Below, one piece after another: positions 61,401-64,000 of a DNA stretch of 64,000 bases (its first letter is position 1; each line of letters begins with the position of its first letter). The notes under the pieces were generated by a model. That model saw only the letters and a program-made list of their open reading frames with translations. It was not told the DNA's origin and did no database searches. Origin of the DNA: Macrostomum hystrix (taxonomy: Eukaryota; Animalia; Platyhelminthes); the NCBI GenBank assembly GCA_950097015.1, contig CATNEN010000038.1, forward strand, positions 31,124,001 to 31,188,000, read 5' to 3'. The position numbers and the translations under genes are program-made.

Positions 61401-63448
61401 GCGTGATTTTGAGATTTCACATCAGTGTCAATTTCCAAGGATCAGAGGAATACGCAGTATACTGCTTTGCCGATTGTCTCTGTCACTACACGGTCGTTAT
61501 AGTATATTATTTCCCCACATAGATTGCAGGAGGACTGCGCGCAATGGCACATTATTTGGTGACACTAGACCCGCAGCCAGCGAGGTGGCCATTCCGCACA
61601 TTTCGCTGACTCCTGAGCACACACGCACACAGATACTGAACGCAGGCACACACTCTTCCAGTTGTGTACATCTGCCCTGACTTTCTCATCGTCAGGTAGT
61701 GTATACTTCACTGTGCCTGGAAGGTTGGCCCTCAAGGGCGTAAATTGCACGACAAGCCCCCAAGCCTTCTCTCCGCGGCTGCACCCCAAATGAATGGGAC
61801 CTCGCCGCGGAATCAAGCTCAGGGACTTTGGTGCGAGTGGCAAACGCGTTATAACCGCTCAACCTCAAACGGTCATTAAGTAGCTTACAAATATTTTCTA
61901 ATAAATCTATTTGGCATCACATGCATTCCGAGGTGCTTACTCCTTAGACAGTTGCGCGCTCCGGGTGTTGGCCCGAAGTCCGGGTCGCAGCGGCATTCTG
62001 AGGCGTAGCCGTCGCACTTTCCAGGAAAGCACAAATTGTGCTCCAAACGCCACGAGCAAGTTTCTAGAATGATTTTCGAAAATTAAGGCTTGAGCTTCCG
62101 TAGATATATCCACAATGTACAACTGTTTACCTATGCAGTGCTTCCTGTCAGCTGATAGCTTGAACGCCTCGCCCCTGGGTGCATGGTTGTACATGCACGT
62201 CTGGCAGATCTTTGTTTCTTGTGCACTCGGAATGTGATGGCAATGAGTCAGGGCACAGTTTTGAATTTGGGGGCACACTGAAATATGATGTTTCGAGTTG
62301 TTATTCGATTGGCTGGTGGGGCAGAATCAGCAGAATCAGGCTCCAGCGAATCAGCGAGGGGTTAGAAGGGGTGCGCTAAACCATGACCATGGAACTTAGG
62401 GCCGGAAATAGTCCGCATAGCTGAGAGACGAGGGGGAAGAAAGAAATGGCGGGCTGCCAGCCAGCCAATCAGCGGTCTTCGGAGCTAAGCCAATCGAACT
62501 GGCGGTCTAGGGGCCAGGCAGCTAGCTCAGATGTGTGGAAGGCAGCTCAAATCATATTCAGGAGTGTAGGCTGTAACCTGTAAAAATTATTTGTTGAATA
62601 ATTTTTTAACACGCTTACAATCGCATCTCGGGCTGTAGTGCGTCGGATAGCAGTTGCTGCAATAATCAGGGCTAGTACAGGTGCCGCCGTTGGAGCAGAC
62701 GCCCTTGCGGCCAAAGCAGACGGCTGCAATTCAGAAGTTTAATGTCAGTTGGGGGTCACTTATTTTTCGGAACCCGAACGGAGCAACGCAAGCGCACGAA
62801 CAGGGACAACTAAATACTCTAACTAACTACTACTAACTACTATACTGCTAACTACTAAATAAGAGTATCTAGTAGTCCCCTACGCACGAAACTCAAGAAA
62901 CTCAAACTCAAGCCCTTTAGATCGTCGAGATATTCAACGGTTCTGGACGAAGGTCAGATTTTAACCTTAAGCGCTAGTGTATTTCATACAACCCTACACA
63001 CGAATTTGCATCGCGCCTCAGTGTGGCCCTCCCAGGCCTTCAAAATTTTAAGGCCGTGCAAATTTATGTAATAGGGATGGATGAAATGTATGAAGGGTGA
63101 ATGAAGGGTAAAAATCAGACCTTCGGTCAGAACAGTTTAACATCTCGACGATCTGAAGGGCTGGCGACTTGATTCTTGCTACAGAAGTTGCAGAAAAAAA
63201 ATTTAAGCTCGTGTTTTTGCGTATCGTGTGCTTGCGTTGCTCCGTTCGGGTGTAGCAAAAATAACTGTCAGGGGAATTCCCCCCTTGGTAACTCCACTGT
63301 TGAATGGTGTTTCGCTCTCAACAGTTATTAAACGTAAATCAAGCAGCGGCACTCACGAACAAGGCAGCCGGCATCTTGCTCGCTATTCCTGGCCCAACCG
63401 GGACAGCAGTCATAATAGTACCTGTGGCGCCAGCCAAATACCAGTCTT
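43491..63448 (-). CDS. Giant multi-exon protein (5'-partial): N-terminal Cys-rich/EGF-like modules, many FN3-like 'DPESGI' repeats and one carbohydrate-binding-like module; probably secreted
   Basis: More than 25 GC-rich minus-strand segments with recurring W.GF.D.ESGI..Y and V.A.N.AGL..SSDG..VD.TPP motifs. The 5' exons 63448-63357 (YYYDCCPGW), 62723-62619 (CSNGGTCTSPDYCSNC) and 62277 onward splice in phase. The last exon ends at 43491. Not every internal junction was verified. Confidence 0.85.
44757..44905 (-). mobile_element. SINE family A, internally deleted copy (intronic)
   Basis: CCTGAGCACACACGCACACAGATA and GTGGCCTCGCCGCG...GTGCGAGAGGCAAA match family A. Confidence 0.7.
50255..50535 (-). 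mobile_element. SINE family B copy (intronic)
   Basis: Reverse complement of 7922-8195 and 52225-52510. Confidence 0.8.
52225..52515 (+). mobile_element. SINE family B copy with (TTA)n tail
   Basis: GAGCGTCGGACTCA...GGTTCGATT...CCTTTAGCAAGACACTTAAC...GTCCATGGACTGAACAGC...ATTATTATTATT. Confidence 0.85.
54775..55000 (-). mobile_element. SINE family B copy
   Basis: Reverse-complement match including AAGTGTCTTGCTAAAGGACACA and GAATCGAACC. Confidence 0.75.
56770..56935 (+). mobile_element. SINE family A, 3' fragment
   Basis: CAGAATTGCCTCCTCGCTGGCTGCGGGTCTA.TGTCACCAA.TGATGTGCCA. Confidence 0.7.
57621..57758. mobile_element. Tiny MITE (138 bp), possibly hAT-like
   Basis: 26-bp TIRs ATGGAGCTCTGAATCTAGAAACTGGA / TCCAGTTTCTAGATTCAGGGCTCCAT; imperfect 8-bp flanks TCCCAGCC / CCCCAGCT. 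Confidence 0.65.
59725..60230. repeat. Interspersed foldback repeat; related pieces at 45385-45520 and 26990-27085
   Basis: Shared GGGGAA(A)GACCACGGG and CAGCATCGTCGAG(A/T)TATTCA blocks; internal inversion 59895-59930 vs 60070-60102. Confidence 0.65.
61522..61862 (-). mobile_element. SINE family A, near full-length copy
   Basis: Reverse complement of 28929-29285. Confidence 0.85.
62755..63270. mobile_element. Foldback/MITE-like element in an intron
   Basis: ACCCGAACGGAGCAACGCAAGCGCACGA (62772) vs TCGTGTGCTTGCGTTGCTCCGTTCGGGT (~63224-63251); second inverted pair 62910-62965 / 63105-63163. Confidence 0.75.
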
Positions 63449-64000
63449 CTAATATGCGGATAGTGAAAGTCGCGGCTGAAATGAAAGTTTAAGTAGTTGC
63501 GTCAGTTACCAATCTATATTGTATTTCATCTAACAGAAAGTTTTGTGGACTTCATAGAAAGCATACTAAGCTAGAAAGCTTAAAGCTACATAAAAAGCCA
63601 CTGCCCATTATAGTTAGAATGCTAGATTATACATTTGTAGTTTGAGTTTTTGTTTTCGATAGTCATAATTTGATAGCAACTCGCAAAACACAATAGCTAT
63701 TCTCCATTCGGGAGCAAAGTGATTTCAGTCACAGTTTTATTTTTCTCTTTAAATTTCAATATTTCATTTTTTTGTTTTAATGCCTTTGTTTACAAATTTC
63801 AAATAGTTTATTCAACTAAAATTAATATTATGCATGCTACTGTTTTTCTATCGCCGTTTTTATCAAATTGTTCAGCCTTGTTACCAACATCGAAAAAAAA
63901 AATCAGCACCCAATGGGCGTGCGCACTTCAATAACAATAACAATATTGCCTAAATTAAAGATCATGTTTAGGATGTTGCTGAAAATCGTTATATTCCAAT

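Noticed and set aside
61676-61701. CUGACGA..GAAA within SINE A (minus strand)
   Set aside because: It is a simple CCUGAC/GUCAGG hairpin with no room for stem II, and other copies alter CUGA.
62812-62860. TACTAAC branch-point-like repeats
   Set aside because: They are on the strand opposite the host gene and lie inside a MITE as a simple repeat.

Overview
This is eukaryotic (metazoan) genomic DNA with spliceosomal introns, AT-rich intergenic sequence, GC-rich exons and dense minisatellites. The style resembles a free-living flatworm such as Macrostomum, but that is an inference. From left to right it contains: an intact piggyBac transposase; a small two-exon Tyr/Arg/Pro-rich gene; two tRNA-derived SINE families; several MITEs; a 388-bp Penelope-like element with two inverted minimal hammerhead ribozyme motifs and a 12-bp TSD; an intronless IAP (2xBIR+RING); four co-oriented minus-strand genes (SNX1/2, FAM174-like, HEN1 small-RNA methyltransferase, p47/NSFL1C); an intronless carotenoid oxygenase (BCO/RPE65/NinaB family); and a >20-kb multi-exon gene for a giant Cys-rich/EGF + FN3-like repeat protein whose 5' end lies beyond the window. 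The most interesting observations are the candidate trans-spliced operon (several acceptors in frame with a leader-supplied AUG, and a FAM174 signal peptide lacking its own ATG), the paired hammerheads, and the same 30-bp minisatellite in inverted orientation on both sides of the last p47 exon.
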